Below, piece by piece: positions 29,343 through 39,204 of a stretch of 64,000 nt of DNA. The translations under genes were made by a program, and so were the position numbers. Below the pieces are notes generated by a model. It ran no database searches and was not told the DNA's origin. It saw nothing but the letters and a program-made list of their open reading frames with translations. Numbering within the stretch: the stretch's first letter is position 1; each line of letters starts with the position of its first letter. The DNA comes from a virus. The stretch is taken from IMG/VR virus record IMGVR_UViG_3300005731_000013, positions 1 to 64,000 of that record; one strand, written 5' to 3'.

Positions 29343-30425
29343 TTACCTTTTGGCATATGTATGTATGTCAATAATTTCCATTTCATTGGTAATTTGATCT
29401 GCTCTGACCCAACCAATGTTTTCTACTAGAAACTCATGATTTGCTGTGACACGTATTTTACTATTATCATCAAACTCTAATTCAAGCATATCTTCAGATT
29501 CTGATTTGGTTAAATTATTATGCACTTTAACAATAGTATCTTCTTTATATGTTAACGTTTTTTCATCTAAATTAATAATTTTATCACCAGGTTGTAAGTT
29601 TGATATCTTTTTCTCGCCATCTGGTGTTAAAATTAATGTGTCGCCATCAAGACACTCATCTACAATTACAGCATACACTCCTTCGATAAATTCTTCCAAA
29701 GATAGCTCACTTTTGCCTTCTTGGAAATTTTTGCGCATGACTTCTAAACTTTGCCACGTACATATCGTATGAGTTTTGCCTACATCTTTTCTATCACCAT
29801 AATAAACACCAACATCAAGTCCAAGGTTAATGTAGTCTTCTTCAGTTTGCGTTACAAGATCTTTATTCGGAACAATGACTATTGTCCTTGCGCCCGCACG
29901 ACCTGACGTTATTTTCTGCATCACCTCATCTTCAGGAGTGATACTTTTTTCGACCAAATCACTTAACGCAGCCGTGACGATTGTCTTACCAGCACCAGTA
30001 CCAACAACTTGGACTGCTTTTTCATTAGTAATGAAATTATTGATAACATCAAGCTGATAATCACGTAAAATGACAGGTTGGCCTGCCACTGGATGACCCT
30101 CTGGCCAAAGTCTGTCTTTGAAATGATCAATTGTGATAGGTTTTAAGTCAATTTTATAACGTTCACGACAATCATCTAATGAAACTTCGTATCCTTCTGC
30201 AATCAGAATAGGCAAAATTTCTTCAAGCAAGTTGATAAATGTTTTGCCACCTAATTGGAAGAACTGCACTTTACCATCCCACCGCCCCATTTTATAGGCA
30301 GGGACATGGTAAGCATGTGGTAACATGAAAGAAAATTTGTCATATAATTTTCTTCGCGTAGAGGTGTCTAAGTTATGAATTTTACAGTTTGTTTCATCCA
30401 GTAATTCAATTTTTGCTGTTTTCAT
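29343..30425 (-). CDS. uvsW: UvsW helicase N-terminal fragment followed by a split-intein N-part
   Basis: GRWDGK, LRDYQ, GTGAGKT, VIVDE, then intein sequence to the stop. Confidence 0.9.
   Translation of the reverse strand: MKTAKIELLDETNCKIHNLDTSTRRKLYDKFSFMLPHAYHVPAYKMGRWDGKVQFFQLGGKTFINLLEEILPILIAEGYEVSLDDCRERYKIDLKPITIDHFKDRLWPEGHPVAGQPVILRDYQLDVINNFITNEKAVQVVGTGAGKTIVTAALSDLVEKSITPEDEVMQKITSGRAGARTIVIVPNKDLVTQTEEDYINLGLDVGVYYGDRKDVGKTHTICTWQSLEVMRKNFQEGKSELSLEEFIEGVYAVIVDECLDGDTLILTPDGEKKISNLQPGDKIINLDEKTLTYKEDTIVKVHNNLTKSESEDMLELEFDDNSKIRVTANHEFLVENIGWVRADQITNEMEIIDIHTYAKR
29346..29654 (-). mobile_element. Split intein IntN (103 aa) of UvsW
   Basis: CLDGDTLILTPDG (block A) ... IRVTANHEFLV (block B) ... 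GWVRADQI, stop. Confidence 0.9.
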
Positions 30426-30508
30426 TTATTTCCTTACAGTTGTTTCTGAGCCATATTATATAATTCTATCATCGGCATATCTTATGAAATTCATCTAACA
30501 TATTGATA

Positions 30509-30537
30509 AATATACACTTTTTATGTAATGATGTCAA
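30509..30537 (-). promoter_or_regulatory. Sigma70-like promoter upstream of uvsW-N
   Basis: TTGACA-17 nt-TATATT. Confidence 0.65.
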
Positions 30538-30552
30538 GTAATTAGTCAAATG

Positions 30553-30581
30553 AAAAGGACAGGCATAAAGCCTGTCCTTTT
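30553..30581. terminator. Intrinsic terminator
   Basis: aaaaggacaggc-ataaa-gcctgtcctttt. Confidence 0.8.
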
Positions 30582-30644
30582 ATTAATGTTAACTTGTAGT
30601 TACATTAAGCTATTTAATGTCATAATGATTTAACATTATATGTC

Positions 30645-30923
30645 TTAGAATACCATTTTTGCTATCACAAACGCTTCTTTATTTAAAATTCCAAGTTCAT
30701 ATGAACAGCGAAAACCCACACATCTAGACGGATCGATGTCAGTCACTGATACGCCATGCTCTGATAAAATTTGCAACATTTTAATCATAATTTCAGCATC
30801 TGTAAACATATTTAATCCTAATCCATACAATTGTATGGAGAAGCCGTCCGGCTTTTCAGAATCACCATGCACATAATATGTAGAGCTCACTTGAACTCCC
30901 ATAAATTTAAATTCATCAGACAT
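30645..30923 (-). CDS. Hypothetical protein
   Basis: 92 aa in early operon. Confidence 0.55.
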   Translation of the reverse strand: MSDEFKFMGVQVSSTYYVHGDSEKPDGFSIQLYGLGLNMFTDAEIMIKMLQILSEHGVSVTDIDPSRCVGFRCSYELGILNKEAFVIAKMVF

Positions 30924-30925
30924 GA

Positions 30926-31246
30926 TTATGTCCAGTGTGTAAAAACTATAATTTGAAATTGCGTAGGTTTAATAAACGGAAAACGTTCTGCAACAGCCGT
31001 TGCAATTGCAGTCTTGTCAAGATCAGCGTAAGGCCGGGCGAGCTCTACAACAGGAAAGCCTTCAAACTCATCTGACTCCGCTATAATCTTGCCTGCAAAA
31101 ACATAGTTGCCGCTCATGCCATCATACACCATGTCAAATGGTGCGCCGTCTAATCCTTCAATCACGTCTTCATTGTCATCATAGTCAACCTTATCGTATC
31201 CGATATTGACTGCCCACATTACATAGTCACGTCTACTTGTACTCAT
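30926..31246 (-). CDS. Hypothetical protein
   Basis: 106 aa with YDGMSGNY..AGKI motif. Confidence 0.65.
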   Translation of the reverse strand: MSTSRRDYVMWAVNIGYDKVDYDDNEDVIEGLDGAPFDMVYDGMSGNYVFAGKIIAESDEFEGFPVVELARPYADLDKTAIATAVAERFPFIKPTQFQIIVFTHWT

Positions 31247-31465
31247 TTATATCTCCCAACTGTTATCATGGTGTGTGCCGCGCACATCAACTTTGTAGCG
31301 ACGTCCGTCGCTCACGCTCACGCCTTGTTCAATAAGCCCGCGCAAAAAGACTGATGCTTCCATATCTGCTACTCTGATAGCTTGCTCTGCTGTTTCACAA
31401 AGAGCCATAGTTTGCTCTTTGCAGTCACGGACACGATATTTCCAACGGGGGTTTAGTTTCCACAT
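31247..31465 (-). CDS. Hypothetical protein
   Basis: 72 aa abutting both neighbours. Confidence 0.55.
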   Translation of the reverse strand: MWKLNPRWKYRVRDCKEQTMALCETAEQAIRVADMEASVFLRGLIEQGVSVSDGRRYKVDVRGTHHDNSWEI

Positions 31466-31466
31466 A

Positions 31467-32492
31467 TTATTTCCCTTTCATACATGTTGCCGCAGCATAC
31501 ATCTGCCAATTGTGTGGCGCCATTTTTGCAAGATCTGCAATTTTTTTCACACAACGAAGACTTAGTTCACGAAGTTCATGCTTATGCTCATCAATATAAT
31601 CAATGATCATTGCTTCGTCATATGAAGTAAAATTATAATCAGACAACATACCATCACGAATAATTTGTTTGCAACGCAAAAACTTTTCATGTGTGCTATG
31701 AATTCCCATATCCAAATAATGGCAACGACTTACAATCGCTTGCAAATGAAGCCCAATTCTTCCACGTGCTTTTTCAAAATCCAAATTAGTGATGAACATG
31801 ATTGCTCCCTCAAATTCAAACATATCAGGAATGCCACGTTCTTCAAGAATTTTGCTTTCAGTCCGCCAAGTTAACCGGCGGTGCTTACCACTGTCAGTTG
31901 CCGCTTTCAACATGTTCAATGCTGCTTCATCATAAAGAATAGAATCACTGTCATCCAACACAAGCACACTACCTGGATTACGATATTCCCATAGCAGTTG
32001 ATACAATCCCAACGGACTAGCACTTGACACTTTTTCAATGCCAAGCTTGGCATCAATGTTGGTAACACCTTCATGCAATTCCATTTTGGCCATCACGTCC
32101 ATGGATTCAATGATTGTCTCAACACCAAAACTTTTCCCAACGCCTGGAGGACCTGTTACAATAATTGCATTAACATTGCCTTCAATCGCTGCCAAAGTCA
32201 TTGCATCCAAAACTTGAAATTTTTGACGCAGACGTTGCATGATCTCTTTATCAGTTTCAACAACTTCATCCGCAACCATTGGCTCTTGTGGTTCTTGCAA
32301 ATTATCAGTTGGAACAACATGATTTTCATTTTCAATAAGAACACGAATGTTACGTTTTTGGCCTAGAGGGCCGCCATCTACAGTTACATACAACCCCTTC
32401 TTTCCCTTGCGGGGAGTAAGGTGCATATTGAATTTTTGATGTTCAATTGTTTTGGAACCATATGTTCCTTTTTTGATAACAACTTCAGTCAT
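31467..32492 (-). CDS. AAA+-type P-loop ATPase
   Basis: GPPGVGKS, VLVLDDSD, FITN, SRC. Confidence 0.85.
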   Translation of the reverse strand: MTEVVIKKGTYGSKTIEHQKFNMHLTPRKGKKGLYVTVDGGPLGQKRNIRVLIENENHVVPTDNLQEPQEPMVADEVVETDKEIMQRLRQKFQVLDAMTLAAIEGNVNAIIVTGPPGVGKSFGVETIIESMDVMAKMELHEGVTNIDAKLGIEKVSSASPLGLYQLLWEYRNPGSVLVLDDSDSILYDEAALNMLKAATDSGKHRRLTWRTESKILEERGIPDMFEFEGAIMFITNLDFEKARGRIGLHLQAIVSRCHYLDMGIHSTHEKFLRCKQIIRDGMLSDYNFTSYDEAMIIDYIDEHKHELRELSLRCVKKIADLAKMAPHNWQMYAAATCMKGK

Positions 32493-32574
32493 ATTATCCT
32501 CTGCGTTTAGATCATACTTTAGGTATATAATATAATAGGAGAGTTGTCAACCATTCAGATGGATTTAAATCAGA

Positions 32575-32605
32575 ATAAGTGCAAGGATTCCTTGCACTTA
32601 TTTTT
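32575..32605. terminator. Intrinsic terminator
   Basis: aataagtgcaagg-att-ccttgcacttattttt. Confidence 0.8.
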
Positions 32606-33372
32606 TACTCTTCGATTTTTACACGATTAAACATAGTTTCTTGACACTTGGAATATTCATTGACAGAATGTTTTTTCACCGTGCCTTTGATTTCAATGCT
32701 TTTACCATCAATGTTTTTTGCAAGTGTTTCTTGATTATTGTTCAAGAAAAATCTTCCAATTTTATTATCTTGTGTCGTAAATGTTACAAGATGAACGCTA
32801 TGACGGGGGATATATTTGACATCCAAAATATTGGCTGTCATATTCATGCGCTGCTTCAATTCACCAATATATCCATTCAATGGATTTTCGGCATAAAATC
32901 TTTCGATAGCTTCACGTTTATGTGCAATGCGAAAACTATTCGGCAAGCTAGCAACCATTGCCATTTCCACATTGATATCTACATTGCCTGAATTAAAAAT
33001 ATGATACAGATCATCATTGTAGGTATTCATGGTGCCGTCTTTATGACGTTTAATCAATGAATCTGAAATTTTCTCCATCATCAACAATTGATCAAAGTAA
33101 TCATAAATTTCACGGGCCTTAATATGATCTTCATCAATAATTTCAATTGCAAAATCGTCCAGCAACGTATCTTGCTTTCCATTCATGTGACGAATTTTAT
33201 GAAGAATAATTGTCCGGTTATCATGAATATGGGTTTGGCTTTCAATATCATATGACTTTTGTTTGCTAGTCACAAAGCCTTGTTTACGATCAACTGCGAC
33301 GGCCAATTGCAACACTTCCATAATAGGATATTGCTCGTTGGCACGTTTGCGTTTATTGTAGGTATAATACAT
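32605..33372 (-). CDS. Hypothetical protein with OB-fold-like C-terminus
   Basis: YIG.LKQR...IKGTVKKH......ETMFNRVK. Confidence 0.6.
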   Translation of the reverse strand: MYYTYNKRKRANEQYPIMEVLQLAVAVDRKQGFVTSKQKSYDIESQTHIHDNRTIILHKIRHMNGKQDTLLDDFAIEIIDEDHIKAREIYDYFDQLLMMEKISDSLIKRHKDGTMNTYNDDLYHIFNSGNVDINVEMAMVASLPNSFRIAHKREAIERFYAENPLNGYIGELKQRMNMTANILDVKYIPRHSVHLVTFTTQDNKIGRFFLNNNQETLAKNIDGKSIEIKGTVKKHSVNEYSKCQETMFNRVKIEE

Positions 33373-33659
33373 TATACAATCTCCAGCAACGATGCATCAA
33401 CATTCCATACACCTGTTGGGGTTTTCACTTTAATTTTCTTCGGGTTTACTTTTTGTACTGTGCCAGTAATGACACCGCCGCGACGGGGGCCAACATCAAA
33501 TTTAACTTTTTGGCCAAGAACAAAACTCATTGTTGCTTGGCGGGAAACACAATCACTTTGTGTTTTGATCATTTTGAATGCTAGATCCAAATCTTCACGA
33601 GTTGTACAAGTTGCAATTGCTTCACTCAGTTTACGAATTTGTGCATTTGTAAGGGCCAT
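33372..33659 (-). CDS. Small SH3/KOW-like protein
   Basis: GQKVKF......TGTVQKVNPKKIKV....WNVDASLL. Confidence 0.65.
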   Translation of the reverse strand: MALTNAQIRKLSEAIATCTTREDLDLAFKMIKTQSDCVSRQATMSFVLGQKVKFDVGPRRGGVITGTVQKVNPKKIKVKTPTGVWNVDASLLEIV

Positions 33660-33690
33660 GTATCACCTATTTTGTCTAATTTACTAATTC

Positions 33691-33719
33691 AACATACATT
33701 GAATATTCTGTGTTGTCAA
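33691..33719 (-). promoter_or_regulatory. Sigma70-like promoter
   Basis: TTGACA-17 nt-TATGTT. Confidence 0.55.
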
Positions 33720-33726
33720 CTGGTTT

Positions 33727-33840
33727 TTAGCCAACCAGGTTATATTCTGGACGCCAATGTGCGCCGCGCTTCAGGGCATACAGATAACCTACTGCGACAG
33801 GCATGGCGGCAGAAGCGAGAATTACGAGTGCATACGACAT
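33727..33840 (-). CDS. 37-aa membrane peptide
   Basis: Below the ORF-track cutoff; AAGGA RBS; MSYALVILASAAMPVAVGYLYALKRGAHWRPEYNLVG. Confidence 0.55.
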   Translation of the reverse strand: MSYALVILASAAMPVAVGYLYALKRGAHWRPEYNLVG

Positions 33841-33855
33841 TTGATTTCCTTTCAG

Positions 33856-34149
33856 TTAGTCGTTAATCAACAAAAGTGTTAGGTCGGAATGTTCAGCGCT
33901 CAAGCTACGGTAGCGAGCACCAAAAATTTCACCTTCAGCATCTACGTCATATTTGACAAACTTGAAGGTGACAAGGTTTCCGTTGTCATAGTTTTTGATC
34001 ATGATGGACGACGGAAAGCCAGCAAACGAACCGTAAAATCCTAAGCTTGACAGCTCTGCGGAAAGCAGGCGCTGATCTTGGGTGTAGGTGAAAAATTCGA
34101 GATCATGATGAACATGCAACGGATTCCAGTTACGTTCTGCAATAGCCAT
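33856..34149 (-). CDS. Hypothetical early protein
   Basis: Start moved to MAIAERN at 34149; ends LLLIND. Confidence 0.6.
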   Translation of the reverse strand: MAIAERNWNPLHVHHDLEFFTYTQDQRLLSAELSSLGFYGSFAGFPSSIMIKNYDNGNLVTFKFVKYDVDAEGEIFGARYRSLSAEHSDLTLLLIND

Positions 34150-34150
34150 A

Positions 34151-34318
34151 TTATACTTCCACCACACGAAGATCGGAAAATTTTGCAGCTAGTTCTTCTG
34201 CACTAGCTTCACATTGTGCTTTGGAACCAACCATGACTTCAACACGATCAGAGCCACCGTTGAACTGCGGGAACATAGTTTCTCGTGTCAATTTGTGTGT
34301 TACAGCATATTTAGGCAT
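34151..34318 (-). CDS. 55-aa hypothetical early protein
   Basis: Below cutoff; AAGGAG RBS; MPKYAVTHKLTRETMFPQFNGGSDRVEV... Confidence 0.6.
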   Translation of the reverse strand: MPKYAVTHKLTRETMFPQFNGGSDRVEVMVGSKAQCEASAEELAAKFSDLRVVEV

Positions 34319-34343
34319 TTATATCTCCTTTGCTTACAATACC

Positions 34344-34372
34344 AATATAAGCAAAAGGCATTGGTAAGTCAA
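34344..34372 (-). promoter_or_regulatory. Sigma70-like early promoter
   Basis: TTGACT-17 nt-TATATT with TTTGCT before the -10. Confidence 0.7.
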
Positions 34373-34373
34373 C

Positions 34374-34401
34374 AAAAAAGGTGGGATTAACCCACCTTTT
34401 T
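34374..34401. terminator. Intrinsic terminator after uvsY
   Basis: aaaaaaggtggg-attaa-cccaccttttt. Confidence 0.8.
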
Positions 34402-34463
34402 CTTCTTACAACTCAATATGTTACATTTTTTTTAGAAAATCATTAAACCCGCATTGGCCAGCG

Positions 34464-34961
34464 TTAATCTAGTGAAATATCTTCCATGCCCGCTGTTCGT
34501 AGTTTGGTAATATTATTAATTTGAAATTGTTTTGCATCCAATCCTTTCATTAATGCCAAATAACGATTACGAATCAAAGCGAACTCATTTACAATATGTT
34601 CCATATCGATATATTCTTGTTCGCCTTCAGCAAATTTTTCAGCGTCACGACTACTTAATGTTCTGTTGTAATGTTCTAAATATTTTCGATAATGTTTACG
34701 TAAAATTGTTCGTAATTCAATATTCAAATGTTCCAAAATTGCATCAACTTCTTGAAGCTGAGAGAAACGGTGTTCTACAATTCCTGGAATGTCTCTACTG
34801 ATGCGCTCTAAATGTCCATGAATGAATGTTTCATTGCGGGCAGCATTTAATTCATTATCATAATAAATGATAGCATCAACAACATTTGCCGTATTTGCTT
34901 TAACTTTATTATACCAACCGGCCATCTTTAATCCTTGTTTGTTAAATGTCAATTTCTTCAA
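34464..34961 (-). CDS. uvsY: Recombination mediator UvsY-like (start probably at MAGWY)
   Basis: KYLEHYNRTLSSRDAEKFAEGE...KGLDAKQFQINNITKLRTAGMED; downstream of uvsX. Confidence 0.8.
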   Translation of the reverse strand: MKKLTFNKQGLKMAGWYNKVKANTANVVDAIIYYDNELNAARNETFIHGHLERISRDIPGIVEHRFSQLQEVDAILEHLNIELRTILRKHYRKYLEHYNRTLSSRDAEKFAEGEQEYIDMEHIVNEFALIRNRYLALMKGLDAKQFQINNITKLRTAGMEDISLD

Positions 34962-34991
34962 TAGATGGCTGGCACCTATTGAAGAAATATA

Positions 34992-35246
34992 TTAATCCCA
35001 TTCATTGAATGATGACTCTGTATCGTCTAAGAGATTTTCCTGACAATATGCCTTTAATGCCTTATCGAATACATCACAAATTCCATAAAGTTCATAACTT
35101 ACAATAGATAAATCTACCAATCCAGAGTCATCAACCATAGCAAGAAATTGTTCTGCTGCTGGTCGCCTATCTTTGGCAGGCACATAATTTTTAATGCCTG
35201 CCCAAATTTCAACTAATGCAGTTGCGTCAGTTGCATGTAATGTCAT
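34992..35246 (-). CDS. Hypothetical protein
   Basis: 84 aa between uvsX and uvsY; GAGG RBS. Confidence 0.65.
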   Translation of the reverse strand: MTLHATDATALVEIWAGIKNYVPAKDRRPAAEQFLAMVDDSGLVDLSIVSYELYGICDVFDKALKAYCQENLLDDTESSFNEWD

Positions 35247-35259
35247 ATTTTACCTCGTA

Positions 35260-36372
35260 TTATTCTTCAGAAGAATCGTCTTCAAGGCTATTTAGTTCCT
35301 CGTCTGATCCAATTGGTTGACCTAATTTTTCTAGAACATCATAATTATCAAATTCGTTCATAATTAGATCTAGACAGCCATTGGCATTGCCTTCCCAATA
35401 TTTGCGGAATTCTTTAATTATTTCGCCAGTCTCCCAGCTAGTATATTCAAGTTTGTTGCCAACTTTAGTCAAGACTCCAATAGCTTCAAAATATTCAACC
35501 AAACCACTATATGGGTTCATACCTGAGTCCCAAGGAATTTTAATTTGTACAGATTCAAATGGTTTGCTATAACGGGTTTTCATTACCTTACATGCTGCAC
35601 GAATACCATGCACTTGTGAAGTCTTATTGCCATCTGCATCTTCTTTTAGTTTAAGCTTTTTAATAGCAACCACAATACTTGATGCATATACCATACCTGA
35701 TCCGCCAGAAATTTTATCATCTGGATCAAACATATCTTGACTTGCATATGTGTGGTTAGTTGCCACCAAACCAATGTTTAAATCACCAAACATATTGACA
35801 CAATTTGTGACTAAAGCTTTAAGTTGTTTTGCTTTACGTCCCATGTCACCTTTCATATCACCCTTTTCAAATTGAGCGATTTCTGTAGGACTCATAAGCA
35901 TACCTAGCGAATCAACAACAAATAAAACTTTTGGACGATTTTCTTCATCTTCACTTCCATATTCAGTTCGATAATTTTTAACAAAATCGTTAACAACTTT
36001 AGCAACATCATCAATCATTGCCATATTGAGTTTTAACAATTTTTCTTCATCAGTGTCTACTCCAAGGGCATGAAGCCATGATTCATCCAACGCATTTTCA
36101 CTATCGATCAACACAACATAAATGCCTTGTTCTTGCGCATTACGGACCAGGTTTCCTGACGCAATAAATGATTTCCCAGCACCACTTTCGCCAGCAAACA
36201 TTGTTACTTTTCCTAATGGCACACCTTTATCAAACTCACCTGATATCAGTTTATTCAATGTGTAATTACCTGTTGACACCCAAGTATCAGGATCACGAAA
36301 TCCGACAGATAACCCATTTACACTTTTTGTAATCGACTTGCGAAATTTTGAAACATCAAAAGCACGACTCAT
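35260..36372 (-). CDS. uvsX: RecA-like recombinase UvsX
   Basis: AGESGAGKS, IDSENA, VVDSLGML, TNHTY, SGGSG, KTR. Confidence 0.92.
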   Translation of the reverse strand: MSRAFDVSKFRKSITKSVNGLSVGFRDPDTWVSTGNYTLNKLISGEFDKGVPLGKVTMFAGESGAGKSFIASGNLVRNAQEQGIYVVLIDSENALDESWLHALGVDTDEEKLLKLNMAMIDDVAKVVNDFVKNYRTEYGSEDEENRPKVLFVVDSLGMLMSPTEIAQFEKGDMKGDMGRKAKQLKALVTNCVNMFGDLNIGLVATNHTYASQDMFDPDDKISGGSGMVYASSIVVAIKKLKLKEDADGNKTSQVHGIRAACKVMKTRYSKPFESVQIKIPWDSGMNPYSGLVEYFEAIGVLTKVGNKLEYTSWETGEIIKEFRKYWEGNANGCLDLIMNEFDNYDVLEKLGQPIGSDEELNSLEDDSSEE

Positions 36373-36476
36373 ATTATTTTCCTTTATGTAAATATGGGCA
36401 TTATATTCAATTGATCAATTTTCATCAGAAAACATCAAGAATATTCCCAATCATTTTAATATATCCTATTAAAATG

Positions 36477-36501
36477 ATCACAGGGCCTAAGGCCCTGTGA
36501 T
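36477..36501. terminator. Hairpin after the gp32-like gene
   Basis: atcacagggcc-taa-ggccctgtgat. Confidence 0.7.
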
Positions 36502-36520
36502 ATATTATTGTGTGTTTTTA

Positions 36521-37486
36521 TCAGCTATTTTTACTGCGCTGTTGGATTTTTGCTAGAATATCCTTAGCGTCAGTAACTGGACGTGAATTTTGTGTTTCAC
36601 TTGCGTCTGGCTGATTGACAGGCGCAGTAGGTGTGATTGGCGCTTCAGCTTTTGGTGTTACATTAGCTGCACGATCACTTGAGTCTTTCTTCGGTGCTTC
36701 CATACCGTATGGACGATAATAATCTGCAAACCGTTCTGGATCATATAACTCACCATCTACGCTTGCTTCAAACATATTGAAGATAACTTGCAATTCTTCA
36801 GCATTTGGCTTTTTAGGTAAGAAATCATTCAAATCATACAGCCCATGCGTTGCAATAATGTCACGTTCTTCTTGATTCAACGAGCGTTCTTTACGAGCCC
36901 AATTACTTGTTGTATAATCCGCATATTGACCTTTTTTGGTTTTGGTAATACGGAAATCAACACCTTGATCATAATCTGTTGGCAAATATTCACCAAAATC
37001 TGGATCCATCAATGCACTTTTAATGATGTTATTAATTTGTGTATTGATGATCAAACGACGAATTGGATTCTCTGGTGTTTCTTCTTCAGTAAATGCACTG
37101 TTTACAACTAATGCCTGATAAATGAAGCTACGCTTTTTCCAATATTTACGAGCCATGTCTTCCATGCTCGGATCCTTGAACCAAGGACGAATTTCGTCAT
37201 GAATAGGGCATTTCATACCATCCCACATTTCTACACATGGAACCTTAATAGTAACAGGTTTATTTTCGTCACCACCTTTAATCCCACTAAATGTGATATT
37301 AATCATTTGACGCTCACGCCAAAAGAAATCATTGTTCGTATTACCGTCTGGTAGGAAACGAACTACAGATGTTTCATTTTCAGGAGTATTCCAATGTGGG
37401 TAAATTGCGTTATCTGAACTGCCTTTTACGCCTTTTTGCTTCTCTTGTGCTAGAAGCTTTTCTCTAATTTCAGCTAGTGTTGCCAT
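36521..37486 (-). CDS. Single-stranded DNA-binding protein (T4 gp32-like)
   Basis: VRFLPD..N.FFW, PC.EM....CPI, KYWKKRS, G.DF.I.KT.KGQYADY..S. Confidence 0.88.
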   Translation of the reverse strand: MATLAEIREKLLAQEKQKGVKGSSDNAIYPHWNTPENETSVVRFLPDGNTNNDFFWRERQMINITFSGIKGGDENKPVTIKVPCVEMWDGMKCPIHDEIRPWFKDPSMEDMARKYWKKRSFIYQALVVNSAFTEEETPENPIRRLIINTQINNIIKSALMDPDFGEYLPTDYDQGVDFRITKTKKGQYADYTTSNWARKERSLNQEERDIIATHGLYDLNDFLPKKPNAEELQVIFNMFEASVDGELYDPERFADYYRPYGMEAPKKDSSDRAANVTPKAEAPITPTAPVNQPDASETQNSRPVTDAKDILAKIQQRSKNS

Positions 37487-37567
37487 TTTTATTTTTCCTA
37501 TGTTAGTAACCGGTTATCCGGCTCATGTTGGTTGTTAGACAAGCATGTTATCTATTGTAACATCTTG

Positions 37568-37596
37568 AATTTACAGTATTTTTCGGCGTCTGTCAA
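37568..37596 (-). promoter_or_regulatory. Sigma70-like promoter for the gp32-like gene
   Basis: TTGACA-17 nt-TAAATT. Confidence 0.55.
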
Positions 37597-37608
37597 GTAA
37601 GTTCTTGA

Positions 37609-39204
37609 TTATACGCCGAAAATTTTCTGTACGTTATATTTATCGAATGCCTCAGTAATTTTCTCCATTTCTTCAAGATCAATAGCATTTTTTTCACTAC
37701 CAATCGTGTTTACTTCTGAAACGATTGCTTTTTGCCCTATCACATTCAATGCTGTTAGTGCTATTTTAATATGTGCATTGCCTACTTCAAATACAGTATC
37801 TGACAATTGCATCATTTTATTTGCTAGCTCGTCATCTTTAATTTTTGGAGCAAGGTATGTTACCATTGCTGAAATCTTAGCCGCAGGATCTTTGAACTGT
37901 CGATTTGCAGGATTTTCAGGATCATCATCATCAATTGACGAACTAATTGTAATGTTATCACCCATATTCATCACAAGCTTTGCAAAGTCCATAATTTCTT
38001 TTTCTTTCTCTTTACGAGTGCGAAAACCTTCAATTATCTTAGCCACATATGGCAGACTATCTGCAATGCTTTCATCAAAATATCTGATTGTGACATTATC
38101 TTTTAATTCATCTAATTTTTCAGGTGCAACATTATGCTGTTCTTTAGTAAAGTTTTCATAATGATGGTTATATCCTTTTGGGCCTGACATTTGCTTCAAA
38201 TTCTTACGAATTGACTCAATGCGCAATCCAATCTCTTCAGTAATAGCAACATCTTCAAAAAAGTTATTGCGTTTGTTTTTACGATTAAATTTCTTAAGGT
38301 GATCTAATTCAGCCATGCATTCATATATGTGCTGCCCAAAATCGTCATGTGGCGCGCCGCCTTCTTGAACATGGCGCAACATTGCTTTCGCTGCGGTCAA
38401 ATTCTTGCTTGGAAATTTAAAACGTTCGCCTTCTGCATTCTCAACAAAAATGCTTTCAATTTGGCGTGTTCTTGCCCCGCGTTTTGTTTCATCAACTGAA
38501 CGCTTATGTCTGACAACCAAACGAGCATCTCCTAGTTCATTCATGCTTTTACGAGCAGAACCATGCCATCCACTGAAGCCTTCTTTTAAGGCTGCTCTAG
38601 CTTGGGTATATCCTGGAAACTTTTTTGAAGGATATTTTGCTGCCCATTTTCTTTTTAATTGACGTTGCATAATGTATTCAGAGTCTGATTGGGCAATATC
38701 ATTTGATCTGGCAGATTTTGACATACCTTGACCTAGCACACGCCCAGAATTTGAGTTGTCTGTCTCTGTTTCTTCTAGTTTTCCATAATCACCGCCGCAT
38801 TGCGGGCATTCATCTACATTTTTAGTTGCATCACAAAATTCACATTGTTCATTCATTTCCGATTCCTTGACTGTTCTGGCTTGATATGCAAAATCCTTAG
38901 GTGAAATTGATTTACCATATGTCTTGACAGTAAACTCAACAATGTACCTATTTGCTAAATTTCGCAAACTTGTAATTAATGGTTTAATTTCATCAATCAC
39001 TACATCTTTTGATAAATTGATGATAATTTCTGATTTCGAATCACTGACTTCGAAATTAATCATCACCTTTATGTCTTTTATATAAAATCGTCGAGCCTGT
39101 TCAGGGTCAACTGTTTTTTTGCCGTCCTCCGTAAAAAGAACGATATTATGACCGAATCCTTTGACGATCTTAAAAATTTGTTCTGCAATTTGTTCTGTAG
39201 CCAT
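37609..39204 (-). CDS. Conserved late (probable virion/head) protein
   Basis: 531 aa; RLVVRHK..VDE..RGARTRQIESIFVENAEGERFKFP; TAAATA 5 nt before ATG. Confidence 0.65.
   Translation of the reverse strand: MATEQIAEQIFKIVKGFGHNIVLFTEDGKKTVDPEQARRFYIKDIKVMINFEVSDSKSEIIINLSKDVVIDEIKPLITSLRNLANRYIVEFTVKTYGKSISPKDFAYQARTVKESEMNEQCEFCDATKNVDECPQCGGDYGKLEETETDNSNSGRVLGQGMSKSARSNDIAQSDSEYIMQRQLKRKWAAKYPSKKFPGYTQARAALKEGFSGWHGSARKSMNELGDARLVVRHKRSVDETKRGARTRQIESIFVENAEGERFKFPSKNLTAAKAMLRHVQEGGAPHDDFGQHIYECMAELDHLKKFNRKNKRNNFFEDVAITEEIGLRIESIRKNLKQMSGPKGYNHHYENFTKEQHNVAPEKLDELKDNVTIRYFDESIADSLPYVAKIIEGFRTRKEKEKEIMDFAKLVMNMGDNITISSSIDDDDPENPANRQFKDPAAKISAMVTYLAPKIKDDELANKMMQLSDTVFEVGNAHIKIALTALNVIGQKAIVSEVNTIGSEKNAIDLEEMEKITEAFDKYNVQKIFGV

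Noticed and set aside
29280-29345. uvsW break as a sequencing error, pseudogene or stop-codon recoding
   Set aside because: Three in-frame stops of two types; the ends are proper intein halves; TAA, TAG and TGA all end normal genes elsewhere in the window.
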